Below, piece by piece: positions 27,408-37,620 of a stretch of DNA of 64,000 bases. The stretch's first letter is position 1. Every line of letters begins with the position of its first letter. Made by a program: the position numbers and the translations under genes. The notes beneath the pieces were generated by a model, which was not told the origin of the DNA, did no database searches, and was given only the letters and a program-made list of their open reading frames with translations. Source of the stretch: Pseudomonadota bacterium (GTDB lineage: Bacteria; Desulfobacterota; Desulfobacteria; Desulfobacterales; JBDRRP01); assembly GCA_043825735.1 (NCBI GenBank), contig JBDRRP010000062.1, positions 1 to 64,000 of the forward strand. Reading direction: 5' to 3'.

Positions 27408-28236
27408 TCTACTGAAAAACATCTTCCGGCCCTTCGTCTTCAAAAAACGGCACCGAAAGGCAATCCTGCGGGACATGCGTCGATACAACATGGTGACGGG
27501 ATCAGGGGAAGCGTACTACTTCACTCAGTACATGAACGTCCTCGAACCCGTTCTGGGTGACGACCTGACCGGCGCAACGATACTCGATCTCGGGTGCGGT
27601 CAGGGACGGTTCGCCATACCCATGGCAAAACGGGGGGCATCGTTGCACGCCGTCGACATCTCTCCCGATGCCATTGCGTTCGCCAGGCAATATGCATCGG
27701 AACACAAAGTCAGCGATGGCATTCAGTTCGCCAATTGCGCCTTTGATGATTTTTTCCGGGGATGTCGTGACCGATTCGATTTCGTCCTGTGCATCGAGGC
27801 CCTCTATATGGACCCGGACTATCTTCGCACCCTGTCGAATATCAGCCGGCATCTCAAAACGGGCGGAAAGGCCATTATAGGCCTCAGACCGAGACTGTAC
27901 GACGTACTCGACAAAGTCTACCATAAAGACTTTGACGGCGCCCATGCAGTCTTGAACGCAGCGGCTTCTGCGGACCGTCCCTATCGCCTCAAGCCTTTCA
28001 ACAGCCACACGGCCGACGAGTCGAAGCGGCTGATCGCAGCCCACGGGCTCCGCATCGACCGGTTTTTCGGCATCGGGGCCTTGTCCGGCCTGGATGGGGA
28101 TCCCTTTTCGCAAATCTGCCACCCCGGCGCCCTCGATCCCGCCGATGCCGATCGTCTGCAGGCCCTGGAGCAATCCGTCGGGACGACCTTCTATGAGTTC
28201 TGCCGATATTTTTTGATTGTCGCCGGAAAACCGTAG
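27394..28236 (+). CDS. Class I SAM-dependent methyltransferase
   Basis: ILDLGCGQGR, AVDISPDAI, FDFVLCIEAL, LKTGG; start 27394 or 27397. Confidence 0.85.
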   Translation: MMPLDLLKNIFRPFVFKKRHRKAILRDMRRYNMVTGSGEAYYFTQYMNVLEPVLGDDLTGATILDLGCGQGRFAIPMAKRGASLHAVDISPDAIAFARQYASEHKVSDGIQFANCAFDDFFRGCRDRFDFVLCIEALYMDPDYLRTLSNISRHLKTGGKAIIGLRPRLYDVLDKVYHKDFDGAHAVLNAAASADRPYRLKPFNSHTADESKRLIAAHGLRIDRFFGIGALSGLDGDPFSQICHPGALDPADADRLQALEQSVGTTFYEFCRYFLIVAGKP

Positions 28237-28316
28237 ACGCATTTCATGGATACCGGCCGCACGCGCCAAGGAACCGGAGTCCACCCCGAAAACCGTAACT
28301 GGAGGTATGGCGAGCA

Positions 28317-29435
28317 ATGATACCTGTTTCCAAACCATCGTTGGGAAAGGCCGAACTGGCCGCCGTGGAAAAGATTTTCGATAGCGGCTGGCTGGGGATG
28401 GGAAGCGCCACCGCCGCATTCGAAAAAAAAGTCGAAGACTTCATCGGCGTGCCTCAGGTGGTGGCCGTCAATACCGGCACCTCTGCCCTGCATATCGCCC
28501 TGGACTGCTTCGATATCGGCCCCGGCGACGAAGTCATCGTTCCGTCGATGACCTATGCTGCGTGCGTTCAAGCCATCATTGCCACCGGTGCACGCCCGGT
28601 TTTTTGCGAATGCACCAGCGCCTCGCTGCTTATCGATATCGAAGACGTACGCCGAAAAATAACCCCGCAGGCCAAAGCCATCATGCCGGTGCACTACTGC
28701 GGCCAACCATGTGACATGGATGCACTGCTGGATCTTGCGGGCCGACACGACCTGCACATCATCGAAGACGCGGCGCACGCATTCGGTTCGTCGTACAAAG
28801 GAAAGAAGATCGGCAGTTTCGGCCATGCCACCTGCTTCAGTTTCGATCCCATCAAAACCATCACCTGCGGCGAAGGCGGGGCGGTTGCCCTTCAGGATGG
28901 GCGCATCGCCGAAAAAATCCGTCGCAAGCGGATCCTTGGCATCGACACGGAAACCTGGCACCGTTACAGGAACAAGCGGAACTGGTCATATGCCGTGACG
29001 ATGGGCGGTTTCCGTTACCACATGCCGAACATCAACGCCGCCATCGGCATCATCCAACTCGATAAAATCCATATGTTCATTGAAAAACGGCGCGCCATCT
29101 GCCTCGATTACGACTGTCACTTCTCAGGCCTGCGCACCGTCGCGCCGCTGGAGGTCGATTATGCGGCCACGGTGCCCTTCATGTATATCGTCAAAGTCTT
29201 TGACGGCCGGCGGCAAGAGTTCATCTCCCTTCTCAAGGAACGGGGCGTCGATACCGGCATCCACTACATCCCCAATCATGTCCACCCCTATTTTTCAGAT
29301 TTTCTCCGCGGAACGCTGCCGGTGACAGATGAAATCGGTGAACAGATCGTCACCCTGCCCCTTTACTATGACATGACCACCGATGATGTGCGCCGCGTCA
29401 TCGATGCCGTATGTGAATTCGAGGGCGTATCGTGA
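28317..29435 (+). CDS. DegT/DnrJ/EryC1/StrS sugar aminotransferase
   Basis: AVNTGTSALHIAL, IMPVHYCG, EDAAHAFG, SFDPIKTITCGEGG, GFRYHMPNINAAIG; GGAGG RBS. Confidence 0.93.
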   Translation: MIPVSKPSLGKAELAAVEKIFDSGWLGMGSATAAFEKKVEDFIGVPQVVAVNTGTSALHIALDCFDIGPGDEVIVPSMTYAACVQAIIATGARPVFCECTSASLLIDIEDVRRKITPQAKAIMPVHYCGQPCDMDALLDLAGRHDLHIIEDAAHAFGSSYKGKKIGSFGHATCFSFDPIKTITCGEGGAVALQDGRIAEKIRRKRILGIDTETWHRYRNKRNWSYAVTMGGFRYHMPNINAAIGIIQLDKIHMFIEKRRAICLDYDCHFSGLRTVAPLEVDYAATVPFMYIVKVFDGRRQEFISLLKERGVDTGIHYIPNHVHPYFSDFLRGTLPVTDEIGEQIVTLPLYYDMTTDDVRRVIDAVCEFEGVS

Positions 29436-30412
29436 CGGACGCCGCCACAACCGCCGGGAACACCGCAGCCCCGGAGGCATCGCCGCCGCGTATCAGCATC
29501 AATCTGTGCTGTTACAACGGTGAGGCATACCTTGAGGAAACCCTGGGCAGCATCGTGGCCCAAACGTTCACCAATTGGGAACTGGTGGTCATCGACGACG
29601 GCTCCACGGACGGAACGGGCGGCATCGTCCAGCGGTACCAAAAAAGCGGCTGGCCGATCACGTATCATTATCAGAAAAACGCCGGACTCGGTGCTGCGCG
29701 CAACAAGGCGATCGCACTCTCGCGGGCGCCCTTTATCGCCTTTATCGATCAGGATGATCTCTGGCTTCCGGAAAAACTGGAGCGGCAATCGCCCCTGTTC
29801 GACGACCCTGAGGTGGGGCTGGTGTTTTGCGACACCATCTTTTTCAACAACCGGGGCGACACCCAGCGCTTTTACGGAAGCGCCCGGCCCCACACCGGCT
29901 ACTGTTTCAACCGGTTGCTTTCCCATTACGCCCTGTCCCTTGAAACCGTGGTCATCCGGCGAACAGCCCTGGGCGATCCCGACAACTGGTTCGACATACG
30001 GTTCAACATGATCGAGGAAGCCGATCTTTTTCGCCGAATCGGTTATCGCTGGAAACTCGCCATGGTGGATCGGCCCCTGGCGAAATGGCGGGTCCACGCT
30101 GACAGTTGGTCCTGGCGCAAAGGGTATTTGATGGTCGCAGAGACAGATCAGATGCTAGCGCGTTTCAAAAAAATGATACCGGAGTTTGAAAGTCGATATC
30201 ATAACGAAATCGCCATCCTAAGGCGCAACACGGCAAAGGATGCCGCATTTTACCTCTGGAAACAGGGCCGCGGCGCACAAGGCCGCCGCCTGCTGCGCCC
30301 CTATCGGACAACGAACCGCCGCATTCTCCTACTGTATGTGCTGTCCGCCTTTCCGGCCGATTGGGTGCTTGGCCTGCAACGGTTGTTCAGGCGCCAGATT
30401 GTAACTCCGTGA
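29432..30412 (+). CDS. Glycosyltransferase family 2
   Basis: YNGEAYLEETLGSI, IDDGSTD, ARNKAI, FIDQDDLWLPEKLERQ. Confidence 0.9.
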   Translation: MTDAATTAGNTAAPEASPPRISINLCCYNGEAYLEETLGSIVAQTFTNWELVVIDDGSTDGTGGIVQRYQKSGWPITYHYQKNAGLGAARNKAIALSRAPFIAFIDQDDLWLPEKLERQSPLFDDPEVGLVFCDTIFFNNRGDTQRFYGSARPHTGYCFNRLLSHYALSLETVVIRRTALGDPDNWFDIRFNMIEEADLFRRIGYRWKLAMVDRPLAKWRVHADSWSWRKGYLMVAETDQMLARFKKMIPEFESRYHNEIAILRRNTAKDAAFYLWKQGRGAQGRRLLRPYRTTNRRILLLYVLSAFPADWVLGLQRLFRRQIVTP

Positions 30413-30434
30413 ACCGATTGTCGCGTCATTTCTG

Positions 30435-31511
30435 ATGATCTTTTCGAACCCGTCCCTCGAATTCAAGGTCTTTTTGGCGGCTCTGGCGCGACCTCGCCCG
30501 GTCCACCCAGACCCCGGCGTCATCGCCTACGGGTATGCGCGCCAGGCCCTCGAAGATGCCTTCCGAATCCTCGGGCTCAAAAAGGGCGACTGCATTCTCT
30601 TTCCCGATTATATCTGCGACGTGACCATGGCCCCCTGCCGCGCAGCGGGCCTTAGGGTGCGCACCTATCCACTGGGCCCGGATTTCAGCCCGGTCTGGGC
30701 GGAGATCGAAGAACGGATCGACAATCGCGTGCGGGCCATCTTGACAGTCAATTTCTTCGGCTTCCCGATCGATGTAGTGCGATGCGCGGAGATCACCCGG
30801 CGCCGTGGCATCTGGTGGATCGAAGACAACGCCCACGGTTTCGGCGGATCCGTCAACGGCCGGCCACTGGGCACCTTCGGCGACGTGGGGGTCACCAGCC
30901 TTCGCAAACCCCTCCCATTGCTGAACGGCGCCTGGCTGCACATCAACAACCCGGCCGTCTTGAGATGGTCCGTAACCGATGCAGCGCACACACTGCGCGT
31001 GGTACCCGGTGTGGAAGAACTCTATCGCCTAGCCGGATATGCCCTGAGATGGTCAGGAATGCCGGTGAACCGGGTGCACCGGTCTCGCACCAACCTCATT
31101 GCCGACCCGGCAGAGAACGACCGGCGGCCGGTGGCGATGGACGCACTGTCGGCCCGCCTGTTGGATCTTTTGATGGCGGACATGGACCGGTTCAGGAAAC
31201 AACGGCGGGCAGTGTACCGGGCTTGGCAGCGGTTCACCCCCAGGCACGGTCTGCGGCCAGTGTTCGATGCAATGCCCGTCGGGATCAGTCCCCTGTGCTA
31301 CCCCTGCCTTGCCGAAGACATAGTTCAGCGGGACCGCTGGCTCCGGTGGGGAGAAACGAACCGGGTCGCCGTGCACACCTGGCCGAGCCTCCCCGCCCAC
31401 CTGAGGGCGCCGGACGGCCCCGGCATCGCCCGCTGGCAACGGCTGCTGTGCTTTCCGGTCCACCATCAGATCCAGGCGGGCGAGGCCGTCGAAAGATTGC
31501 CGGGGCCATGA
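30435..31511 (+). CDS. Divergent DegT/DnrJ-fold PLP-dependent protein (paralog 2)
   Basis: YGYARQAL..GLKKGDCILFPDYICDV, VNFFGFP, IEDNAHGFG, GDVGVTSLRKPLP, WPSLP, LLCFPVH; collinear with 3437..4555. Confidence 0.78.
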   Translation: MIFSNPSLEFKVFLAALARPRPVHPDPGVIAYGYARQALEDAFRILGLKKGDCILFPDYICDVTMAPCRAAGLRVRTYPLGPDFSPVWAEIEERIDNRVRAILTVNFFGFPIDVVRCAEITRRRGIWWIEDNAHGFGGSVNGRPLGTFGDVGVTSLRKPLPLLNGAWLHINNPAVLRWSVTDAAHTLRVVPGVEELYRLAGYALRWSGMPVNRVHRSRTNLIADPAENDRRPVAMDALSARLLDLLMADMDRFRKQRRAVYRAWQRFTPRHGLRPVFDAMPVGISPLCYPCLAEDIVQRDRWLRWGETNRVAVHTWPSLPAHLRAPDGPGIARWQRLLCFPVHHQIQAGEAVERLPGP

Positions 31512-32617
31512 ACATCACTGTGCACCACTGCGTCGACGAGGTCGAAAGACCATGGCGGTCATTTCAAGAAACCGCCGAGGGTTACGGCTTCCAGACCTTC
31601 GAGTGGGCGAACCGGTGGTATGGGACCATCGGCCGGTACCTCGGCGCCAGGCCGTGCGTCGTAATGGTGACCGACGACCAGGACGCCCCGCTGCTCCTGC
31701 TGCCCCTGGCCCTGACGCGGTCACGGGGCATCACGGTCCTGTCGTTTGCGGACGGGGGGGTGAGCGACTACAACGCGCCGCTGGTCCACCCCGGGTATGC
31801 CGACCGGATGGGCACTGGCGGCTTTTCCGCGATCTGGGACGCCGTCGAAAAACGAATGCCCCCCTGTGACGTGATTCACTTCAGCAAAATGCCCCGCAGG
31901 ATCGGCGATCTGCTCAACCCCATGCTCGAGCTGTCCGTTTTTCCTTACCATGAGAACAGTTATGGACTGAGGCTGTCGGGCATGTGGGAAACCCATTACA
32001 GGACCCGTGTGAAAAAACGTATCCGCGCCGACTCCGCCAGACAGCGCCGCCGCCTGGCGGCATTGGGAGTGCTTCGGTTCGTCATTGTCGAAGACAAACC
32101 GGCAGTGCGGGTGATGACCCACCGCATGATCGCCCAGAAACGCCGTCGATACATCGAAACCGCTGCCCCGGACCTGTTTCTCCTTCCGGTCTACCGGCAG
32201 TTTTATTGCGAGGCGGCGGATGACCTTTTCGACGCGGGTAGACTTCACCTGTCGGCCCTTCTTCTTGACGACACCGTCGTGGCCACCCACTGGGGAATGG
32301 TTCACAACGGCTGCTTCTATTTCCTGCTGCCGACCTTCGAAGGGGGGCGCTGGCGCAAATTCTCCCCGGGCCGCCTGCTGCTGGAGCATCTCCTGGAATG
32401 GGCCTTTGCACATCATCTGGGCATATTCGACTTCACGATCGGGACAGAGGCTTACAAGATGGACTGGTGCGACAGGGAACTGACACTGTATGAAACCCTC
32501 CTGGTCAGATCATCCAAGGGGCATGCATACCGCTTGGGCAACATTTCCAAACGGTTCATTCGCCAGTGGCCGAAGCTGTATACGAAGTTGCGGTCGCTGC
32601 GGCAGATCGTAAAATGA
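31508..32617 (+). CDS. GNAT-fold acyltransferase, CelD/BcsL (Acetyltransf_6)-like
   Basis: FQTFEW, LLPL, SDYNAPL, RRRLAALG, SPGRLLLEHLLEWA, FDFTIGTEAYKMDW; ATG 31508. Confidence 0.85.
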   Translation: MNITVHHCVDEVERPWRSFQETAEGYGFQTFEWANRWYGTIGRYLGARPCVVMVTDDQDAPLLLLPLALTRSRGITVLSFADGGVSDYNAPLVHPGYADRMGTGGFSAIWDAVEKRMPPCDVIHFSKMPRRIGDLLNPMLELSVFPYHENSYGLRLSGMWETHYRTRVKKRIRADSARQRRRLAALGVLRFVIVEDKPAVRVMTHRMIAQKRRRYIETAAPDLFLLPVYRQFYCEAADDLFDAGRLHLSALLLDDTVVATHWGMVHNGCFYFLLPTFEGGRWRKFSPGRLLLEHLLEWAFAHHLGIFDFTIGTEAYKMDWCDRELTLYETLLVRSSKGHAYRLGNISKRFIRQWPKLYTKLRSLRQIVK

Positions 32618-33657
32618 CACTCACCCATCCAAAAACGAAATTGAGCAACGCCGTTTATGCGTTCTGGATCCAATCCGTGATACGACGTGCAACCGCCGCC
32701 TGTCGCGGCTGCGGCGCAATCCTGATGTATCATCGGGTGCTACCCGCCGCGCGGACAGACGCCCATTGGGATTTCAACGCCGGCATCACCACCACCCTCG
32801 CGCGGTTCGACGAGCAGATGGGCCATCTGGCGCGTCACCACCGCGTGATTTCACTGGAAGATCTGCCCGCCCGGCATCGGGACCGCGGCGGTTTTTTCGT
32901 TGCTATCACCTTCGACGACGGTTACCGGGACAACTTGGTCCATGCCCTGCCCGTCCTTGAAAAATACGGACTGCCCGTTACCATCTACGTCGCCACACGG
33001 TTTCCTGACGGTGAGGACGGCATGTGGTGGTATGAACTGGCGGATATCTGCCGCAGGCAGGATGCCGTCGATTTCAGGTGGCGTGGCCGGCGGCACCGCC
33101 GACGCCTGACCTCGATGGAAGCGAAACGGCACGGGTTCCACGCGCTTCACCGCCTCGTCCTGTCCCTGCCCGATACCGACAGGGAAACGTTGATGGCCAG
33201 AATCCGCGGTACCGAGCCACCCGCGCGATATCCGGGTAACTGCCTGACTTGGGATGACATCCGGCGCCTGAGCCGTCATTCCCTGGTCACCATCGGAGCC
33301 CACACCTGCTCCCATGCCCGGTTGAGCGACCTGTCCGGCGACGCAGCGGCGCGTGAAATCCGCCTATCCAAAACCCGCATCGAAGAAGAGACCGGCCGGC
33401 GTGTGCGTCATTTTTCTTATCCATACGGCAGTTTGAACAATTTCGGCGCTCGAGACATTGAAATCGTTTCGAGGTCCGGTTTTCAAACGGCCGTCACCGG
33501 CCAGTGCGAACATGTCTCAGCCGGCCACGGCCGGTACCAACTGCCGCGCATCCCCATTCTCGACAAAGACGGGCCCCGTCGCCTGGAAGCCAAACTGTCG
33601 TCCATGAACCTATTTTACAGAGGCATCAATTTCACGAGAACAATGGTCAAAGGTTAA
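32614..33657 (+). CDS. Polysaccharide deacetylase (CE4/NodB)
   Basis: ILMYHRV, ITFDDGYRDN, IGAHTCSH, FSYPYG, LPRI; ATG 32614. Confidence 0.9.
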   Translation: MTLTHPKTKLSNAVYAFWIQSVIRRATAACRGCGAILMYHRVLPAARTDAHWDFNAGITTTLARFDEQMGHLARHHRVISLEDLPARHRDRGGFFVAITFDDGYRDNLVHALPVLEKYGLPVTIYVATRFPDGEDGMWWYELADICRRQDAVDFRWRGRRHRRRLTSMEAKRHGFHALHRLVLSLPDTDRETLMARIRGTEPPARYPGNCLTWDDIRRLSRHSLVTIGAHTCSHARLSDLSGDAAAREIRLSKTRIEEETGRRVRHFSYPYGSLNNFGARDIEIVSRSGFQTAVTGQCEHVSAGHGRYQLPRIPILDKDGPRRLEAKLSSMNLFYRGINFTRTMVKG

Positions 33658-33658
33658 G

Positions 33659-35140
33659 ATGAAGGCACTGCTCATCCATCCCCCCTGGCTCAGATTCTTC
33701 GGCGGCAGCCTGTCCATCGCCCCCATGGCCCTGAACGCCATCGCCTGCTATGTCCGGCGCGAGACCCCCCATGTCGACATCGACGTGTACAATGCCGATC
33801 ACTGCGACAAGCTGGACCCACTCTTCAGCAGCCACTCCTACGCGACGCTGCACGGCCAGTATCTTAAGCGGCTGAACGATTTCAACGATCCCATCTGGCA
33901 GGCGGTGGCCCGAACGATCGACACCCTCAAACCGGATGTCGTCGGTATCAGTGCGATGACCGCCTCTTTCCCGTCGGCCCTGAATGTCGCCCGCATTGTC
34001 AAGAACATCGACCCGGGCATCCAGGTGCTCATGGGCGGCAAGCACCCGTCGGCCCTGCCGGTGGCCACATTACAGCACCTCGCGATCGATGTGGTGGCCA
34101 TCGGCGAGGGGGAGGAAACCTTCAAGGAACTGCTGGAACACGGTCACGACCGCCACAGGGTCCACGGCATCGCCTTTCGGGACGGCGACGGCGGTATCGT
34201 CAGAACCCCCGCCCGGCCCCCTGTCGCCGATATCAACACCCTCCCCATCCCGGTCTTCAAATCGGCAATCAACCGATACGACTTCGAAAAAGGGATCAAT
34301 CTGGCATCCTACAAATGGCGCATAATCGGCGCCCGCGGCTGTCCGTTCAAATGTGTTTACTGTGCCAGCGACAAGCGGATCCGCTATCGATCCCCCGAAC
34401 ACATCATGGCGGAAATCGACCATGTTATTGACCGTTTCGGCATTCGCACCTTCCGCTTCGAAGACGACTCGTTTTCCCTGAACCGAAAACGGGCCCTGGA
34501 CCTTTGTGCACGCATGGCCGAACGGGGCATTACCTGGGAATGCAACACCAGGGTCGACCTGGTCGACCGGCAGTTGGTTGCGGCCATGAAAACCAGCGGC
34601 TGTGAACTCGTATGGCTCGGCATCGAAACCGGCTCGGATGCGACGGCCCGCAGAATCAACAAGCAGATCTCTCACGACATGGTGCTCGACGCCATCCGAT
34701 TGTTCAAACAGCACCACATCATGGTGTGCGGATATTTCATGATCGGATTCCCCTGGGAGCGCAAAGCGGATATGCTCCAGACGCTGGCACTCATCAAAGC
34801 GCTGCCCCTGGATGATTTCGAACTCAACCTCACCACGCCCCTGCCCGGCACCGAACTGTTCGAAACCCTGGTACGCGAGGGGCGGATCGATGTGGCAACA
34901 GAAGACTGGTCGCGCTACCACCAGGGCAGCCCGGACATGAACTTCTCCCGCTATCCGGATGATGTATGGAAAGCCATTGTCATGGATCTGACACGGCAGG
35001 CCTCTCGGCTGCATCGACACCGCATGGTGATCAAAACCGTGAAGCTTTTCTTGAACGACCCCGTTGTCACTTTCAAGCGCGCCAGCAACCGGCTGCGTGA
35101 CAGCCGCTACTGGGATATCGTCCGAAAACTGCTGTCCTGA
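33659..35140 (+). CDS. B12-binding radical SAM protein
   Basis: LLIHPP, PDVVGIS, GGKHPS, GEGEET, ARGCPFKCVYC, FEDDSF, TRVD, TPLPGTELF. Confidence 0.9.
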   Translation: MKALLIHPPWLRFFGGSLSIAPMALNAIACYVRRETPHVDIDVYNADHCDKLDPLFSSHSYATLHGQYLKRLNDFNDPIWQAVARTIDTLKPDVVGISAMTASFPSALNVARIVKNIDPGIQVLMGGKHPSALPVATLQHLAIDVVAIGEGEETFKELLEHGHDRHRVHGIAFRDGDGGIVRTPARPPVADINTLPIPVFKSAINRYDFEKGINLASYKWRIIGARGCPFKCVYCASDKRIRYRSPEHIMAEIDHVIDRFGIRTFRFEDDSFSLNRKRALDLCARMAERGITWECNTRVDLVDRQLVAAMKTSGCELVWLGIETGSDATARRINKQISHDMVLDAIRLFKQHHIMVCGYFMIGFPWERKADMLQTLALIKALPLDDFELNLTTPLPGTELFETLVREGRIDVATEDWSRYHQGSPDMNFSRYPDDVWKAIVMDLTRQASRLHRHRMVIKTVKLFLNDPVVTFKRASNRLRDSRYWDIVRKLLS

Positions 35141-35151
35141 TCCTTCTTGCC

Positions 35152-36060
35152 ATGACCGACTTCGACATATCCGTTGTCATCCCCTGCCACAATGAAGCGG
35201 GCAATCCGCTGCTGCAGCGGACACTGGCCAGTGTCATCGAACAGGCCGGCACCTTTTCCATGGAACTGCTGGTGGTCGACGACGGATCGACGGATCGCAG
35301 CGCGGATCGCATCACGGCCATCCTGCGCCGCGCCGGCACCATTCATCCCTACCGGCTGATTGCCCTTCCAGAAAACCGTGGTATTGCCAATGCCCTCAAT
35401 GAGGGTATCGGCCAGGCCAAGGGCAGATTCATATGTCGGATCGACTGCGGGGACATCGCCCTGCCCGGACGCTTTCAAAAGCAGGTGGACGCCCTCGAAA
35501 CGGCGCCTTGGATCGACGTCGTCGGCGGTTTGACCAAATGGATCGACACCGGTGGCGTCATCATCGGCGAATACCCGTTTAACCGCCGGATTCGCCGGAA
35601 GCACTTCGATTTCGAGCGACAGGTGCTTTACAAGAATTACCTGGTCCACACTACCTGGATGGTCCGAAGGGATCTCTACGACCGCATCGGCCGCTACGAC
35701 TCCGGATATGCCCTGGAAGATTATGAATTTTTGGTCAGAACAGTGGCCCGGGGGGGACGGATCGCGATCATGCCCGACTACCTGACGCTGATCTACATGA
35801 ATCCGCTGGGTCTGACCGGCGGCGTCATCCATAAGCAATTCATCCAGGACAGCCTGTGGCGCATGAAAAAACGCTACTTCCGTCATCTGAGGGGGGGCCG
35901 AAACGCCGCGGGCCTGCTGAAAACCGGTATCGGGCGTTTGCTACTGAACTGGATGTTCCCCCTTTATCTGAAACTTCAGCGTCGTCGCAATGCCCGGCGG
36001 CCGGTCAAGGATCGGACGGCTTCCGGTCAAGAGCGCCCCGAAACATCGGATCTGCCATGA
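35152..36060 (+). CDS. Glycosyltransferase family 2
   Basis: SVVIPCHN, VVDDGSTD, NRGIANALNEG, EDYEF; DxD motif appears as IDCGD. Confidence 0.85.
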   Translation: MTDFDISVVIPCHNEAGNPLLQRTLASVIEQAGTFSMELLVVDDGSTDRSADRITAILRRAGTIHPYRLIALPENRGIANALNEGIGQAKGRFICRIDCGDIALPGRFQKQVDALETAPWIDVVGGLTKWIDTGGVIIGEYPFNRRIRRKHFDFERQVLYKNYLVHTTWMVRRDLYDRIGRYDSGYALEDYEFLVRTVARGGRIAIMPDYLTLIYMNPLGLTGGVIHKQFIQDSLWRMKKRYFRHLRGGRNAAGLLKTGIGRLLLNWMFPLYLKLQRRRNARRPVKDRTASGQERPETSDLP

Positions 36061-37022
36061 CCCCGGACATCAGCATCATCATCGTCACGTATCAGGCCGC
36101 CATCTATATCGATGCCTGCCTCGAATCGCTGAACCGACAGACCGCGGGCGGGTATTCGGTGGTCATCGTCGACAACGGATCGACGGACGGAACGGTGGGC
36201 CGGGTTCGGCGCCACATGGCGGATCGCCGCGAGATCCATCTCATCGAAAACAGGGAAAACCTGGGATTCGCACGCGCCAACAATATCGGCATCCGCTATG
36301 CACTGCACCGCTTGGGCACGAAAGCAGTCTTCTTGCTGAACCAGGACACCGTCTGCGCAGACGACCTGCTGGAGAAACTGCACTATTGGGCCCAAAGGGA
36401 ACCGGGGGCCGTTCTGGGCCCCAAAATCCTGATCAAAACGACAGGCCGTATCTGGTGGATCGGCACCCATGTGTTCACCCTCAAAGACCTGTTTCAAACG
36501 CCACGGCTGGCCCTCGGTTGCCAGATCGACAAGGAAGCGCCGGATCACTTCTTCCATGACGCGCCGGCCGCCGTTGCGGCGATCGTCGGTTGTGCGTTGA
36601 TGATTCCACGAACAGTCCTTGACGACGTCGGCCCGCTGGACGAACGCTTTTTCATGTACGGAGAGGATCTGGATTTCTCACTGCGGCTGCAAAAGAAGGG
36701 GCTCCGGATGCTCGCCGTCCCCGATGCGGTGGTCTATCACGATGTCCAAAGGGAGACCGAGGCCCTGGGGCCCCGCAACAGGATGCGGGCCATCAGGCGA
36801 TATGTCCGATATTTTCTCGGTTCGTTGAGGGTACTCCAAAAGCACTATTCCATAGGATTTGCCGCTGTGTGGATCGCGCGGATGCCCGTTGCTGCCGCCT
36901 ATGAAATTGTCAGGAGGGTATTAGGCAGATTAAGCGCCGGCGCCGCGGGAAGGTTTACGCGCCCCACAGGATGTTCCAGTGCAGATAGAGCCACGCCCCG
37001 TATTCCGACAGGACCCATTTGA
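36057..37022 (+). CDS. Glycosyltransferase family 2 (rhamnosyl/GlfT-like subgroup)
   Basis: SIIIVTY, VDNGSTD, NLGFARANNIG, LLNQD, GCALMI, LDERFFMYGEDLD; ATG 36057. Confidence 0.88.
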   Translation: MTPDISIIIVTYQAAIYIDACLESLNRQTAGGYSVVIVDNGSTDGTVGRVRRHMADRREIHLIENRENLGFARANNIGIRYALHRLGTKAVFLLNQDTVCADDLLEKLHYWAQREPGAVLGPKILIKTTGRIWWIGTHVFTLKDLFQTPRLALGCQIDKEAPDHFFHDAPAAVAAIVGCALMIPRTVLDDVGPLDERFFMYGEDLDFSLRLQKKGLRMLAVPDAVVYHDVQRETEALGPRNRMRAIRRYVRYFLGSLRVLQKHYSIGFAAVWIARMPVAAAYEIVRRVLGRLSAGAAGRFTRPTGCSSADRATPRIPTGPI

Positions 37023-37620
37023 TCTGGCGGCCTTCCGTCCACCATTGCCCGGGTGAATACGGATCGCTCCGGGCCGCCACCGTCATCACTTGAAACGCCT
37101 CGGGCCAGATTGCTCGCCAGATATAGCGTGCCCTGCGGGTGTGCGACTTGCTGGTGGTAATGATCAACCGGGACAGACCCCGCCCCTGTAATTGCGCCCC
37201 CACCGCCCGCGCCTCGCTGAAGGTGTCATAGACATCTTCGGCACTGATGGTCACGATATCCTTCCGCGGCACCCCAAGCAGTTCCAGAATCCGCACCCGC
37301 TCCTCGTACCACGGGCAGCAGGGGGTGAATCCCCTCTTTTCGAGGGCACGCAAGGCCGCCGTCTTCCGGTTGCCGTTGATGATCACTGTCTTGACGTACC
37401 CCTCCCGATACAGGTTTGCGGCTTCCATCAACCGGGGATAGTAGGCCATCCCCGTATTCAGCACGACAACGGCATCCGCAGCCTCGGGGGGGCTGTCGGC
37501 AATGAGAAATTCGCCGAGCACCATCAACAGACGCCCCGATACCGCCACCAGCAGCACAACGGCCGCGGTCAGGGTCAGCACCACTGCCGCCCGTTTCTTC
37601 CCACGGGTCAGGGTCATCAT
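36955..37620 (-). CDS. YdcF/DUF218 (ElyC/SanA-like) protein with N-terminal TM
   Basis: MMTLTRG..TM..ADAVVVL, DTFSEA, IITTSKSHTRRA, LSEY; C-terminal part of track ORF 36955..38205. Confidence 0.8.
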   Translation of the reverse strand: MMTLTRGKKRAAVVLTLTAAVVLLVAVSGRLLMVLGEFLIADSPPEAADAVVVLNTGMAYYPRLMEAANLYREGYVKTVIINGNRKTAALRALEKRGFTPCCPWYEERVRILELLGVPRKDIVTISAEDVYDTFSEARAVGAQLQGRGLSRLIITTSKSHTRRARYIWRAIWPEAFQVMTVAARSDPYSPGQWWTEGRQIKWVLSEYGAWLYLHWNILWGA

